Of a DNA stretch of 51,429 nucleotides, positions 8,746 to 18,451 are shown in pieces. This DNA is from Candidatus Doudnabacteria bacterium (GTDB lineage: Bacteria > Patescibacteriota > Doudnabacteria > UBA920). The position numbers were made by a program, and so were the translations under genes. Where the stretch lies: NCBI GenBank assembly GCA_023245955.1, contig JAHFJI010000002.1, forward strand, positions 1-51,429, given 5' to 3'. The notes under the pieces are model-generated. The model saw only the letters and a program-made list of their open reading frames with translations. It was not told where the DNA came from and made no database searches. Numbering within the stretch: the first letter of the stretch is position 1; each line of letters opens with the position of its first letter.

Positions 8746-10592
8746 TATTTTACTATATAGACTGCTACTACGGCCTGACCAAACTTGTTTCGGACCTCAG
8801 TTTCTAAGCGTGTATTTGGGTGATACTGTTTAAATTTTTTAATATCAAAAATACTAGATTCAGTAAAAACAATTTTGTCTCCCTCTACAAGGCCATGCTT
8901 CCAAATAGGTTTGCCATCTTTTATATAGTCTGCATCTCGCCACGAGTCTTCCGGATCTACTTGGTTATAGGGCTTATTGGCAGGATTATCAATACAGCCA
9001 GCAGTCCTAAAATATGCTTCTCTATCACAAGAAGTAGTCCCATCTACTGTAGTTAAATAGTCAACTGTTTGTACAGAGAACTTATCCAGCACAAGATAAG
9101 TGTTATCCCGGTTCCCATGCTCTTTCATATACTCACTTACACTAGTTAGGTCAGACCTAAAAGCATAAAAGTTTTCTGCGCTATTAGCAGCATAAATAAA
9201 ATAGCTTGCATATGACTGTACTGGAATAGCAACCAAGAAACACACCAGTAGCAACTTCAGACTTTGCTTTAGCAATAGTTCCATACGAGGCGAGCCATGC
9301 GGATATTTTACTACCAAACCCCATATAAAACTACCTACTTTATATAGACCAAAAGCCGTTATGATAAACACCGCCGGTATAGTGCCAATACTTCTAAGGC
9401 CATGTGGGATTCCCTCAGCTGTAGTAATAACGGGCACTAAAAAACTAACAAACCATCCCATTAGAACAAAATGAGGGTACTTGTTTTTTTGCTTTATGGG
9501 AGAAAAGGTGTATCGCAAAGCTCGAAAAAACATAACTAGCAAGCCTAATGCAAAAAATGGAGAAACAACTGGAGACAAGAAAGGCAACCCAGAAATGTTA
9601 TGTCGCCAATTTAGGTCCCCATCCATAAAGTAAGCAGTAAGACTTAATCTGGAAGTTTCTAAGATGGTACCGACAAGGTCGCCATGATTCCAGTCTGGGT
9701 TAAATACACTTACTTGTCCGCTACGTCCGGCCAACCACTCCGGATGTTGATAAAAATATCGTCCGAGTGGATATATAACTATGATAAAACTAATTATACT
9801 CACAGCAAGTAGCGGTAAATATTTTTTGCTGACACCTCTGAATCCATCTGTTTTTAGGGCAGTTAGAAAAGGCCACAGGACTAGCAACCCGACCAATGGT
9901 AGCATAATCCTATAAGCTATGTAGGTGTAAAATCCGAGCGCCAAGGAAGCACCAAAGACAATACTCCACATGTATTGACGTGTGCGAGTTTTGGCAAAAT
10001 ATATACTAAATAGAGAAAGCAAGCACAAAGATGAAAACAAGGGGACTAAATTGGCTCTAAATGCAGTCCTAGATAAAACTATGTACCAGGTATTTGTAGC
10101 CATAATGAATCCAGCCAAAAGCGCAATGATAGTAGGTGCAAAGTACCCACTAGATACTGGTACTGGAGAGTTTCCCCCTTGTAACATGACAACTTCTTTT
10201 TGCAAACCAGTAGAAGCGAAGTTATCTTTGGCCTGTATTTTATCTGACACAGCAGTCTCGCTGGCGCCAAATGAAAACAGCTTTCTGGTAATTAGCAAAC
10301 ATAATATGGTAGAAATTATTCCCACCAGGGCAGATACTAGGTGATGGCTAAACGGACTCCTGCCAAACATCTTTACACTGGTCCAGAGCATATAGAAAAA
10401 CAAAGCCTCTCTACCATTTCCACGCTCATAAAATGGCTGCAAGTGACCTTGTTCCATTAGATTAATGTCTAGACCATTGGCGGCCTCATCTGGAAACAGG
10501 CCTCCAGGCATTGTATTTATTTGATACAGCCTAAAGAATATAGCTAGAGCCAAGACAGAGAAGACCAAAAAATAGTACTTTTTATTGTTCAC
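8745..10592 (-). CDS. membrane glycosyltransferase, GT39/ArnT-like (second copy)
   Basis: 615 aa and polytopic, with motif GGLFPDEAANGLD near the N-terminus. Confidence 0.65.
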   Translation of the reverse strand: MNNKKYYFLVFSVLALAIFFRLYQINTMPGGLFPDEAANGLDINLMEQGHLQPFYERGNGREALFFYMLWTSVKMFGRSPFSHHLVSALVGIISTILCLLITRKLFSFGASETAVSDKIQAKDNFASTGLQKEVVMLQGGNSPVPVSSGYFAPTIIALLAGFIMATNTWYIVLSRTAFRANLVPLFSSLCLLSLFSIYFAKTRTRQYMWSIVFGASLALGFYTYIAYRIMLPLVGLLVLWPFLTALKTDGFRGVSKKYLPLLAVSIISFIIVIYPLGRYFYQHPEWLAGRSGQVSVFNPDWNHGDLVGTILETSRLSLTAYFMDGDLNWRHNISGLPFLSPVVSPFFALGLLVMFFRALRYTFSPIKQKNKYPHFVLMGWFVSFLVPVITTAEGIPHGLRSIGTIPAVFIITAFGLYKVGSFIWGLVVKYPHGSPRMELLLKQSLKLLLVCFLVAIPVQSYASYFIYAANSAENFYAFRSDLTSVSEYMKEHGNRDNTYLVLDKFSVQTVDYLTTVDGTTSCDREAYFRTAGCIDNPANKPYNQVDPEDSWRDADYIKDGKPIWKHGLVEGDKIVFTESSIFDIKKFKQYHPNTRLETEVRNKFGQAVVAVYIVK

Positions 10593-10730
10593 GTTTGTAT
10601 TGATTTTTTATTAATTTTTAAGTATAATGTAGTAATCAAATTAACAAATAAACAATTTAGCAGAAATACAAGATAGCCATACTGCCACTGTCACATGCTT
10701 AGTTGTTAATATGTTAAATTGATTGCGACT

Positions 10731-11069
10731 ATGGAGCAAAGCCAAAAAAACTACTCAAATATTTTTTTCATAATTAGTGCTATTACAAATATAATAACAT
10801 GTTTTGTTGTGTGGCACTATGTAAAGATCACAGGGCCTGTAGCGCCCCTCCATTACAATGTAGTTAGCGGTTTTGATGAAATAGGTAAAACCACCGTAGT
10901 ATATGAGTTGCCAATCTTTGGTTTTATTATCCTATTTTTAAACCTTTTTATCTCTAAATACTTTACTAGGCTCGGGTCCTATATTGGAGTTACTACTTCT
11001 GCTACTTCTGCATTCGTAAGTTTGCTATTACTATTTAATGCGTTGTTCCTCTGGCAAGTAGCAGGATAA
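10731..11069 (+). CDS. small integral membrane protein
   Basis: The ORF-track frame starts at TTG 10719. I prefer the ATG at 10731. Three hydrophobic segments. Confidence 0.45.
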   Translation: MEQSQKNYSNIFFIISAITNIITCFVVWHYVKITGPVAPLHYNVVSGFDEIGKTTVVYELPIFGFIILFLNLFISKYFTRLGSYIGVTTSATSAFVSLLLLFNALFLWQVAG

Positions 11070-11076
11070 TCAATGT

Positions 11077-12753
11077 ATGTTTAGAAAAAGAACGCTCAGG
11101 GAAAGATTCTGGGAAATTTTACCTGGCCTACAATTTTGGCTGGTTTGTTTTGGTTCTATTGCGCTTGCATCCTTCAGGCCTGTTTGGGCGTCGGTTTTTA
11201 TTATTTGCTTTGACTTATACTGGGTTTTAAAAGCCTGCAATGTTGGCCTTCATTTATTTTCCAGCTATAGAATATTCCGAGTACATGTAACCCTAAACTG
11301 GCTAGACAGAGTCAAGTCCTTGGAAGCAGACCCAAATGGCTTTATAAATAAATTAAAATCGGATAGCTACCTGGACAAACGTAGTGTAGCTAGGACATAT
11401 TTCGCAAAAGAAGCTAAAAGACTGGAGAGCTTTTTCCCCACCCGCACCAAGCGACCAGGCTTTGAAGATATTTATCACATAGTACTGTTTCCATTTGTAG
11501 ATGAGTCCGTAGAAGTGCTATCTACTACTTTTGATGCACTCATGTCCATTAACTATCCGCACGAGAAAATGTTGATAGTTTTGGCTAGCGAGGAACGAGC
11601 AGGCGAGCCAGCCCAAGATACCGCTCGTGCCATTAAGGAAAAGTACTCTGGAGAGTTTGGGAACTTTTTTGTAACCATTCATCCAGACGGCCTAGATGGA
11701 GAAATAAAAGGTAAAAGTGCCAACGCAAGCTGGGCTGTGGGAGCAATATTACCCGAACTGGAAAGACTAGGAATTCCGGAAAAGAATGTGATAGTTTCCA
11801 ATTTTGACAGCGATACTGTGGTACATCCAGAATACCTTGCTCGCGTAACTTACGAATTTTTAACTGCGGAGAAGCCATACAGATCCAGCTACCAACCTAT
11901 AGCTATTTATAATAACAATATCTGGGACGCACCAGCCTTTATTCGGGTAGTTTCTGTGTCTAACTCATTTTGGCAATTTACCGAAAGTAGCAGGCCGGAC
12001 CGCTTGCGGACTTTTTCCTCGCATTCTATGACCTTACAGGCTTTAAGCGAGATAGGTTTTTGGAAAAAGGACTTAATTAATGAAGACGGCTTTATTTATT
12101 GGCAATGCTACTTGCACTACAAAGGTGATTATAAAGTAGTGCCACTTTTCGTGCCCATAAGCCTAGACACTTGCTTAGCCGATACTACCTGGCAAACCTT
12201 TAAAAACCAATATAAACAAAAAAAACGTTGGGCCTACAATGTGGAATATTACCCCCACCTAGTTCCGAAACTGCTTTTTGGCGACGCCCCACTCTGGGAC
12301 AGACTATATAAACTATTCCAGTACGTAGAGGGTAACTTTAACTGGGCCACAGCTAGCGTACTTATTTCTACCCTTGGACTACTTCCTCTATTCCTAGGTG
12401 GGCAGGAGTTTTTGGACAGTGTAGTAGCTTACAATCTACCCGCAGTAACCAAGAACTTAATGCGTGTAGCTTTTGTGTTTATATTCTTTAGCATCTATGT
12501 AAACTTAGTACTCTTACCACCCAGACCCGCCAAGTATGGAAAATGGAAAAGTGTTATGATGTACTTACAGTGGCTTTTAGTCCCGTTTGTGTCAGTAGTC
12601 TTTGGGAGCATCCCTGCTATTGAAGCACAAACCAGGCTCATGCTAGGTCGCTACATGGAATTCTGGGTAACCCCCAAGCACAGAAAAGGGGAGAGCACGG
12701 GATTGCACATGAAAGAAATGAAAACTAATCAAGATAACAATTTAACAATTTAA
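11077..12753 (+). CDS. membrane-bound family 2 glycosyltransferase (processive-type, D,D,D,QxxRW)
   Basis: Motifs FDSDTVVH and QYKQKKRWAYN (QxxRW), with N- and C-terminal TM segments. Confidence 0.7.
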   Translation: MFRKRTLRERFWEILPGLQFWLVCFGSIALASFRPVWASVFIICFDLYWVLKACNVGLHLFSSYRIFRVHVTLNWLDRVKSLEADPNGFINKLKSDSYLDKRSVARTYFAKEAKRLESFFPTRTKRPGFEDIYHIVLFPFVDESVEVLSTTFDALMSINYPHEKMLIVLASEERAGEPAQDTARAIKEKYSGEFGNFFVTIHPDGLDGEIKGKSANASWAVGAILPELERLGIPEKNVIVSNFDSDTVVHPEYLARVTYEFLTAEKPYRSSYQPIAIYNNNIWDAPAFIRVVSVSNSFWQFTESSRPDRLRTFSSHSMTLQALSEIGFWKKDLINEDGFIYWQCYLHYKGDYKVVPLFVPISLDTCLADTTWQTFKNQYKQKKRWAYNVEYYPHLVPKLLFGDAPLWDRLYKLFQYVEGNFNWATASVLISTLGLLPLFLGGQEFLDSVVAYNLPAVTKNLMRVAFVFIFFSIYVNLVLLPPRPAKYGKWKSVMMYLQWLLVPFVSVVFGSIPAIEAQTRLMLGRYMEFWVTPKHRKGESTGLHMKEMKTNQDNNLTI

Positions 12754-12804
12754 CAATAAAGCATATTTGCTCTTTTGTATTTGTTGTTAAATTGTTAAGT
12801 TGTT
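12736..12804. repeat. AT-rich word hairpin (TTAACAATT words) spanning the stop codon of the GT2 gene
   Basis: aacaatttaacaatttaacaa (12736-12756) pairs with ttgttaaattgttaagttgtt (12784-12804) at 20 of 21 positions, with a 27-nt loop. Confidence 0.8.
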
Positions 12805-12815
12805 AAATTGTTTAA

Positions 12816-13880
12816 ATGATAATCTATCTCTTATATTTTGTCTGCAGTTTATTTCTTGCGCTACTAATTACACCCCAGGTAAAACGCTTGGCGGTATATC
12901 TTGGTTGCGTAGACAAACCCATCCTGTCAAGAAAAATACATACCAGTCAAATGCCCATGCTAGGAGGCTTGGGTGTTTTTATTTGCTCAGTAGTAGTAAT
13001 AGGATTAATCGTACTTGCAGGACATTGGAATTTCGATGTTGTACCATTGCGTTTTTTGCTAGCTATAATGTTAGGTGGTATCGTGTTGATGTTTGGCGGA
13101 TATTTAGATGATAAATTTACATTACCCGCAAAAATATCTTGGTTGTTTCCAGCTTTGGCAGGTTTAATTATAGTAAGCAGTGGCATTGGAATAGGCATAA
13201 CGGTACTCACCAATCCACTAGGGGGGAACATACCACTTTCTGGTAAAATTTTAGGCCTACCTTTATCTGGACTCTTTGTTTGGATATGGATAATGGGCAT
13301 GACTTATACGACTAAACTTCTAGATGGTCTAGACGGGCTAGCCGCAGGAGTCGCACTAATTGGCGGGTTAGTCATGTTCACCCTCTCGCTTACAGATAAA
13401 ATTGATCAACCTACTACAGCAACCTTAGCAATTATATTTGTAGGCGCTTTGGCTGGATATCTATTTTATGCCTTTAACCCAGCATCTATTTTTCTAGGCG
13501 AAGGAGGAAGTACTTATCTGGGTTTTTTCTTAGCTGTATTATCAGTACTTACAGGAGCTAAAATTGCCACTGCAGTTCTAGTTATGGGTATCCCCATTTT
13601 TGACGTGATCTGGGCCATTATTAGACGTATTTATAGGAAAACTAGTCCTTTTAAAGCCGACCGCGAACATTTACACCATTTACTCCTAGATTCTGGGCTC
13701 AGCCAACGTCAGGCTGTGCTCATCTTTTACGCGCTATCGGCCATATTTGGCTTTATGGCAGTCTTTTTGCAGAGTATGGGGAAACTCCTGGCCCTGGGCA
13801 TTTTATTGGCTCTAATGGTAGGAATTTTAGGTTTTTTGGCTTCTTTCTACAAAAAGAAGCAATTACAAGTCAAAAGTTGA
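12816..13880 (+). CDS. polyprenyl-phosphate N-acetylhexosamine-1-phosphate transferase (MraY/WecA family, GT4)
   Basis: Motifs DDKFTLPA and KLLDGLDGLAAGV, in a polytopic protein of 354 aa. Confidence 0.8.
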   Translation: MIIYLLYFVCSLFLALLITPQVKRLAVYLGCVDKPILSRKIHTSQMPMLGGLGVFICSVVVIGLIVLAGHWNFDVVPLRFLLAIMLGGIVLMFGGYLDDKFTLPAKISWLFPALAGLIIVSSGIGIGITVLTNPLGGNIPLSGKILGLPLSGLFVWIWIMGMTYTTKLLDGLDGLAAGVALIGGLVMFTLSLTDKIDQPTTATLAIIFVGALAGYLFYAFNPASIFLGEGGSTYLGFFLAVLSVLTGAKIATAVLVMGIPIFDVIWAIIRRIYRKTSPFKADREHLHHLLLDSGLSQRQAVLIFYALSAIFGFMAVFLQSMGKLLALGILLALMVGILGFLASFYKKKQLQVKS

Positions 13881-13947
13881 CCTATTTGGTTAGATTCTGT
13901 ATTATATATTGGTGTTTGCATAAGTATTTTTACTTAATTCTTCTTAT

Positions 13948-14253
13948 ATGATCGCAGTAATAGAAACCGGCGGGAAACAATATTTAGTTTCCACAGGTAG
14001 CAAAGTCCAAATTGAAAAACTAGAAGGCCTAAAAGGCGATACGCTAAAGTTTGACAAAGTCTTATTTACAGCTGAAGGTAGCAAGTACACAGTGGGTAAG
14101 CCATACATATCGGGTGCCTCTGTAGAAGCTACTATCATTCGCCAAGGTCGTGGTAAAAAGATTGAAGTACTTAAGTACAAAGCCAAATCCAAGTACCGTA
14201 GAAAAATTGGCCACAGACAAAGTTATACCGAAATAGAAGTAACGAAGATATAA
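13948..14253 (+). CDS. rplU: 50S ribosomal protein L21
   Basis: MIAVIETGGKQYLV...KIEVLKYKAKSKYRRKIGHRQSYTEI is the typical bL21 sequence. Confidence 0.95.
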   Translation: MIAVIETGGKQYLVSTGSKVQIEKLEGLKGDTLKFDKVLFTAEGSKYTVGKPYISGASVEATIIRQGRGKKIEVLKYKAKSKYRRKIGHRQSYTEIEVTKI

Positions 14254-14256
14254 TAT

Positions 14257-14281
14257 AAAAGACTCCTCAGCGGAGTCTTTT
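14257..14281 (+). terminator. rho-independent terminator after rplU
   Basis: aaaagactcc-tcagc-ggagtctttt. Confidence 0.7.
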
Positions 14282-14450
14282 ATTAATACATCACAAATCT
14301 ATTGTGGCATTTATCTTCCCCCTATGGGGGAAGTACCCTGATGTTGCATTAGGGGGATGAGGGTTTAAACCTGCTTAGCTAATAAAACATATATTAGTCT
14401 ATCTAATACACCTTCTAGATTACTAGGCCTCTTGCATATACTTTAGCCTT

Positions 14451-14555
14451 GTCATTCTCCCGACTCCGAGTCGGGAAGCCGGAATCCAGGTTTATCCCTG
14501 ACTTTTAGCCTGGATTCCGGATAATTGCTCGAGGACTCGAAATTTCGGGAATGAC
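14451..14555. repeat. MITE-like repeat family A, nested in a second inverted repeat
   Basis: gtcattctcccgactccgagtcgggaagccggaatccagg ... cctggattccgg ... cgggaatgac. The outer arms aggcctcttgcata / tacgcaagaagtct flank it. Confidence 0.75.
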
Positions 14556-14634
14556 AGAGTTGGGTTACGCAAGAAGTCTACTATCTAATTCATTTACTTC
14601 TTAAAAAATACCACAACTTAAAGAAACCCTCTCT

Positions 14635-14655
14635 GTTCCGACTCCGAGTCGGAAC
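14635..14655. repeat. GTTCCG...CGGAAC palindrome (same word family as 2313-2340)
   Basis: gttccgactc-c-gagtcggaac. Confidence 0.8.
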
Positions 14656-14689
14656 ATCTCCCCCAAAGGTGGAGAGAAAGAAAAGTTAA

Positions 14690-15301
14690 TTAATATTCTC
14701 TTCTCCCTTCCATCGCTCGCGTGAGCGTAATTTCATCTGCATACTCAAGGTCACCACCAGTTGGGATACCACGGGCGATGCGGGTAAGTTTAAGTTCTGG
14801 GAATTTTGACCGCAGTAGTTTAGAAATATACATAGCCGTAGTCTCGCCCTCAAGAGTTGGGTTAGTCGCGATAATAATCTCCTGAATACTTGGTTCTTGA
14901 TTTGTGATTCTAGATTCCAGTGAAGCTATAGCAAGCTTGTCTGCCCCTATCCCTTCCATCGGGTTCAGCACTCCACCGAGTACATGGAACACACCCCGGA
15001 ATGTACCGGATTTATCTATGGCAACAGCATCTAGCGATTCTTCTACGACACAAACCAAACCTTGGTCACGACTGGAGTTTAGACAGATGGTGCAAGTAGG
15101 GGAGTCGGACATAATATGGCAGACTGCACAAAAAATAACTCCTTCTTTGAGCTTGGAAATACTTTCAGAAAAAATATCTAGCTCTATCGGTTCTCGTTTG
15201 AGTAAGTAAAAAACCAGCCGCTGAGCAGACCTGGGTCCAATACCGGGAAGTTTACTAAACTCATTTATAGCCTTAGCTAAAGATTTTGGTAGAGAAGTCA
15301 T
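14690..15301 (-). CDS. recR: recombination protein RecR
   Basis: Helix-hairpin-helix motif LPGIGPRSAQRL, C4 zinc finger CAVCHIMSDSPTCTIC and a Toprim region. Confidence 0.95.
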   Translation of the reverse strand: MTSLPKSLAKAINEFSKLPGIGPRSAQRLVFYLLKREPIELDIFSESISKLKEGVIFCAVCHIMSDSPTCTICLNSSRDQGLVCVVEESLDAVAIDKSGTFRGVFHVLGGVLNPMEGIGADKLAIASLESRITNQEPSIQEIIIATNPTLEGETTAMYISKLLRSKFPELKLTRIARGIPTGGDLEYADEITLTRAMEGRREY

Positions 15302-15304
15302 AAC

Positions 15305-16708
15305 TTATGGCTCTCTGCTCACGTCTAATGACTGCATAACCGCTTGTGGACTCATGTCGTAAGTTTTGCTTAAGTTTTTAAAGCTGGCTTTTTCCGCGTC
15401 AAAGAACAGCTCCACTTGGCCAACTGGACCATTGCGGTGTTTTTTTACGTGCACCTCGGCGATGTTGGGCTTACGTGAGTCGCGGCCTTTGTACATGTCT
15501 TCACGGTATATAAACATAACCACGTCTGCATCCTGCTCTATACTTCCAGACTCACGTAAGTCGGAGAGTTGCGGAACTTTATCTGGCCTACTTTCTACTC
15601 CACGGTTTAACTGAGACAGTACCAAGACCGGCACATTTAGCTCACGAGCAAGAATCTTTAAGTTACGTGAAATCTCACTAACTTCCTGCACCCGGTTATC
15701 GGAATTACCGGTACCACGCCCCTGCATAAGTTGTAAGTAGTCTATTACCAACAGGCTTATACCATGCTCGCTTTGAAGTCTCCTAGCCTTGGTGCGAACT
15801 TCCATAATATTTGCACCCGATGCATCGTCTATGTATATAGGTGCCTCACTTAGCGCGCCCATTGCCTCACCGAGCAGACTAAAATCATCTTCGCTTAAGT
15901 GCCCGGTACGAATCTTAAACAAATCCACTCCGCTCTGAGAAGACAAGAGCCTGTCTACCAGTTCATCCTTGCTCATTTCCAGCGAGAACATACCTACAGG
16001 TTTTTTTTGGTCTACACCAATATACCGAATAATATCCAAGGCCAAAGAAGTTTTGCCCATGGATGGCCTAGCTGCAAGTATTACCAAGTTAGACTTCTGC
16101 AATCCACTTAGTAGCTTATCTAAGTCTAAAAACCCAGTAGGTACTCCGCGCATAGTACTGCCATCTCTATGAAGCTCGTCTATGCGCTCAAATGTCTCGT
16201 GCAGAATAGTGTTTATGGCGATAAAGTTTTGCTTGAGATGTTTTTGCGATACAGAAAACAGCCTCTGTTCTGCCTTGTCTAAAATATCTTCTATTTCGCC
16301 ATCTTCTTTGTAAGCTACCCGGGTAATCTCTGTGGCGCTATCTATAAGTCTCCTTAGTGTGCCTTTTTTTCGGACTATATTTGCATAGTGAGCCACGTGA
16401 GCTGCTGTGGGCACAGCGTTGACCAGGCTGGTAATGTAAGCGGCGCCCCCGGCCTTGTCCATGAGTTTTTGTTCTTCCAGTAAGTTAGAAACGGTTAGAA
16501 TGTCTATGGAGATGGTTCGTTCAAACAAATCTAGGATAGCATTGTAAATTACTTTATGCCGGCCGTCATAAAAATCTTCGGAGATAAGTATATCTGCAAC
16601 CTTAATAATTCCATCCTTGTCTAGCATGAGACAACCCAGCACTGACTGCTCAGCATCTAGGTTTTGCGGTGGTAGTTTGTCTAATGCAGAAATGGTTACT
16701 TGGTTCAT
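15305..16708 (-). CDS. dnaB: replicative DNA helicase DnaB
   Basis: PPQNLDAEQSVLG, Walker A ARPSMGKT, IDYLQLM, LSQLNR. The ORF-track start is GTG 16717, but I prefer the ATG at 16708. Confidence 0.95.
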   Translation of the reverse strand: MNQVTISALDKLPPQNLDAEQSVLGCLMLDKDGIIKVADILISEDFYDGRHKVIYNAILDLFERTISIDILTVSNLLEEQKLMDKAGGAAYITSLVNAVPTAAHVAHYANIVRKKGTLRRLIDSATEITRVAYKEDGEIEDILDKAEQRLFSVSQKHLKQNFIAINTILHETFERIDELHRDGSTMRGVPTGFLDLDKLLSGLQKSNLVILAARPSMGKTSLALDIIRYIGVDQKKPVGMFSLEMSKDELVDRLLSSQSGVDLFKIRTGHLSEDDFSLLGEAMGALSEAPIYIDDASGANIMEVRTKARRLQSEHGISLLVIDYLQLMQGRGTGNSDNRVQEVSEISRNLKILARELNVPVLVLSQLNRGVESRPDKVPQLSDLRESGSIEQDADVVMFIYREDMYKGRDSRKPNIAEVHVKKHRNGPVGQVELFFDAEKASFKNLSKTYDMSPQAVMQSLDVSREP

Positions 16709-16748
16709 ATTGTTCACGGATACACGAATAACACGGATTACACAGATG
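16709..16748 (-). promoter_or_regulatory. conserved 40-nt leader abutting the dnaB start (copy 1 of 2)
   Basis: attgttcacggatacacgaataacacggattacacagatg. A near-identical block abuts the ATG at 46869. Confidence 0.5.
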
Positions 16749-16764
16749 TTTACCTACTCAATCT

Positions 16765-16804
16765 GTCATTGCGAGGAGTAAGTCTGCGAGCGACGTGGCA
16801 ATCT
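16765..16804. repeat. repeat family B, single arm (GTCATTGCGAGGAG...GACGTGGCAATCT)
   Basis: gtcattgcgaggagtaagtctgcgagcgacgtggcaatct. Related copies lie at 23224-23326, 28685-28724 and 51229-51354. Confidence 0.8.
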
Positions 16805-16939
16805 CTAATGCAAATTTACAATCTCTAACTGTAAAAATCTGTATTTAGATTCTAGCACAATAAAACAGGTTAACTCATTGACAATAGGCAACTAATACCG
16901 TGAAGTCTGTGGCTAACCTGTTTCTATGCTGTGGAATAT

Positions 16940-18349
16940 CTATTTTGCTTTAATCTGTTGGCCTTCGGGAGTATCTAAGACTTCAAATCCTTGAGCCTCT
17001 ATTTGGGCGCGGAGTTCATCAGATTTACTAAAGTCTTTGGTTGCCCGGGCTTGTTTACGAGCGTCCAGTAAGCTTTGTACTTCTGCTGTTACTTTTAGTT
17101 CTACAGCAGGGGAGTGGTGTTCTAAGTTTAAACCAAGCACAGGGTCTATTTCTAAGAGTATTGCCCGCTTGCTAGAATCTTCTACTTGCGCATCAGCCAA
17201 GAGCTCCCACACAATGGCCAAAGCCTTAGGCAGATTTAAATCTTCCTCTACTGCGCTCTTAAATTTATTTATATATGTCTCATAGGCATTCTCTGCCGTA
17301 TGCAGCTTCTTTCCAAGCTCCAAAGAGTCAAACTGCCTATAAAGTCTCTCCAGCGCAGTGTTCGCCGCCTCTAAGCTTTCCCAGGTAAAGTTCATGGGTT
17401 TGTGGAAATCGGTTTGCAAACACAGGTAACGAAAAGCCAGCCCATTTAATGGGTGCTTGCCAGTTAAGTCTTTCAATGCGTAGACGTTGCCATCCCGCTT
17501 AGCCATTTTCTTACCGTCTATTTGCAGGTGCTCGGAGTGAGCCCAGGCATGAGAAAAAGGCTTGTAGAAAGGTTGACTCTGGGCTATCTCGTTAGTGTGG
17601 TGGGGGAATACCAAGTCCACACCACCCGTGTGCAAGTCTGTGGACTGGTGCTTGAAAGCTATGTCGTTTATAACCGAACACTCTATGTGCCAGCCGGGAC
17701 GGCCTTTACCAAGCGTAAGGTGCTCCCAGTAAATGTTAGCGTCTTCCGACGTGTGTTTTTTCCAGAGCGCAAAATCACTAAGATTATCCTTTTCGTATTC
17801 ATCTACTTTTACTCTTGCGCCTACTTTTTTACCTTCCAAAAAACCCTTACCCACAAGCTGGCCGTAGTCACCAAAGTCCTGTTGGTATTTTTCTATATTA
17901 AAGTACGTACCGTCTTCGGTTTGATAGGCGTAGCCTTTTTCTACAAGCTTTAAAATGTATTCTTGAATTTGAGGAATAACATCGGCCACACGAATAAATC
18001 GAATAGAAGCAGTATCTATCTGCAAACTCTGAAGCTCCTGCAAAAAAATGTCTAAATATTTAGTCGTAAACGTTCTTAGATTGTCTACTGTCGCTTCTGG
18101 ACCAAATTCCGCTATGGTACCTTTTATAGTTTTGTCGTCTACATCGGTAATGTTCATAACCCAATCCACTGAGTTACCTACGTACTCCAAGCTCCTGCGA
18201 ATGCTGTCTGCAAATAAAAAACTACGCAAGTTACCAATATGCGCAAAGTTGTATACAGTAGGACCGCATGAGTAAAGATTAAACTTGTCTTCTGGATTTT
18301 TGGGAGCCAATTCCTTGTCCGTCTTGCTTAGCGTATCGTAAAGTTTCAT
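16940..18349 (-). CDS. cysS: cysteine--tRNA ligase
   Basis: HIGN motif (FAHIGNLRS), WHIECS zinc site and a KMSKS-like KMAKR. Confidence 0.95.
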   Translation of the reverse strand: MKLYDTLSKTDKELAPKNPEDKFNLYSCGPTVYNFAHIGNLRSFLFADSIRRSLEYVGNSVDWVMNITDVDDKTIKGTIAEFGPEATVDNLRTFTTKYLDIFLQELQSLQIDTASIRFIRVADVIPQIQEYILKLVEKGYAYQTEDGTYFNIEKYQQDFGDYGQLVGKGFLEGKKVGARVKVDEYEKDNLSDFALWKKHTSEDANIYWEHLTLGKGRPGWHIECSVINDIAFKHQSTDLHTGGVDLVFPHHTNEIAQSQPFYKPFSHAWAHSEHLQIDGKKMAKRDGNVYALKDLTGKHPLNGLAFRYLCLQTDFHKPMNFTWESLEAANTALERLYRQFDSLELGKKLHTAENAYETYINKFKSAVEEDLNLPKALAIVWELLADAQVEDSSKRAILLEIDPVLGLNLEHHSPAVELKVTAEVQSLLDARKQARATKDFSKSDELRAQIEAQGFEVLDTPEGQQIKAK

Positions 18350-18398
18350 ATACGAATACTATCATAGCCTATAGCTATCCTCAAGCCTAGTCCAACAT

Positions 18399-18432
18399 GT
18401 GCTTAATTTTCACGGCCGTGAAAATTAAGCAC
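18399..18432. repeat. perfect 34-bp palindrome between kef and cysS
   Basis: gtgcttaattttcacgg/ccgtgaaaattaagcac (17+17, no loop). Confidence 0.9.
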
Positions 18433-18451
18433 AGATAAGTAAGGGTGCCTA

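Noticed and set aside
12800-13300. ORFs 12800-13111 (+) and 12947-13300 (-), which overlap the WecA/MraY-like gene
   Set aside because: They are alternative-frame or antisense ORFs. The 12816-13880 frame carries the family motifs.
14254-14689. Large non-coding gap between rplU and recR, examined as a possible ncRNA gene (tRNA, SRP RNA or RNase P)
   Set aside because: The sequence is fully accounted for by a terminator, a nested family A repeat, short G/C hairpins (cttcccccta-tgggggaag) and the GTTCCG palindrome. I recognised no conserved ncRNA motifs.
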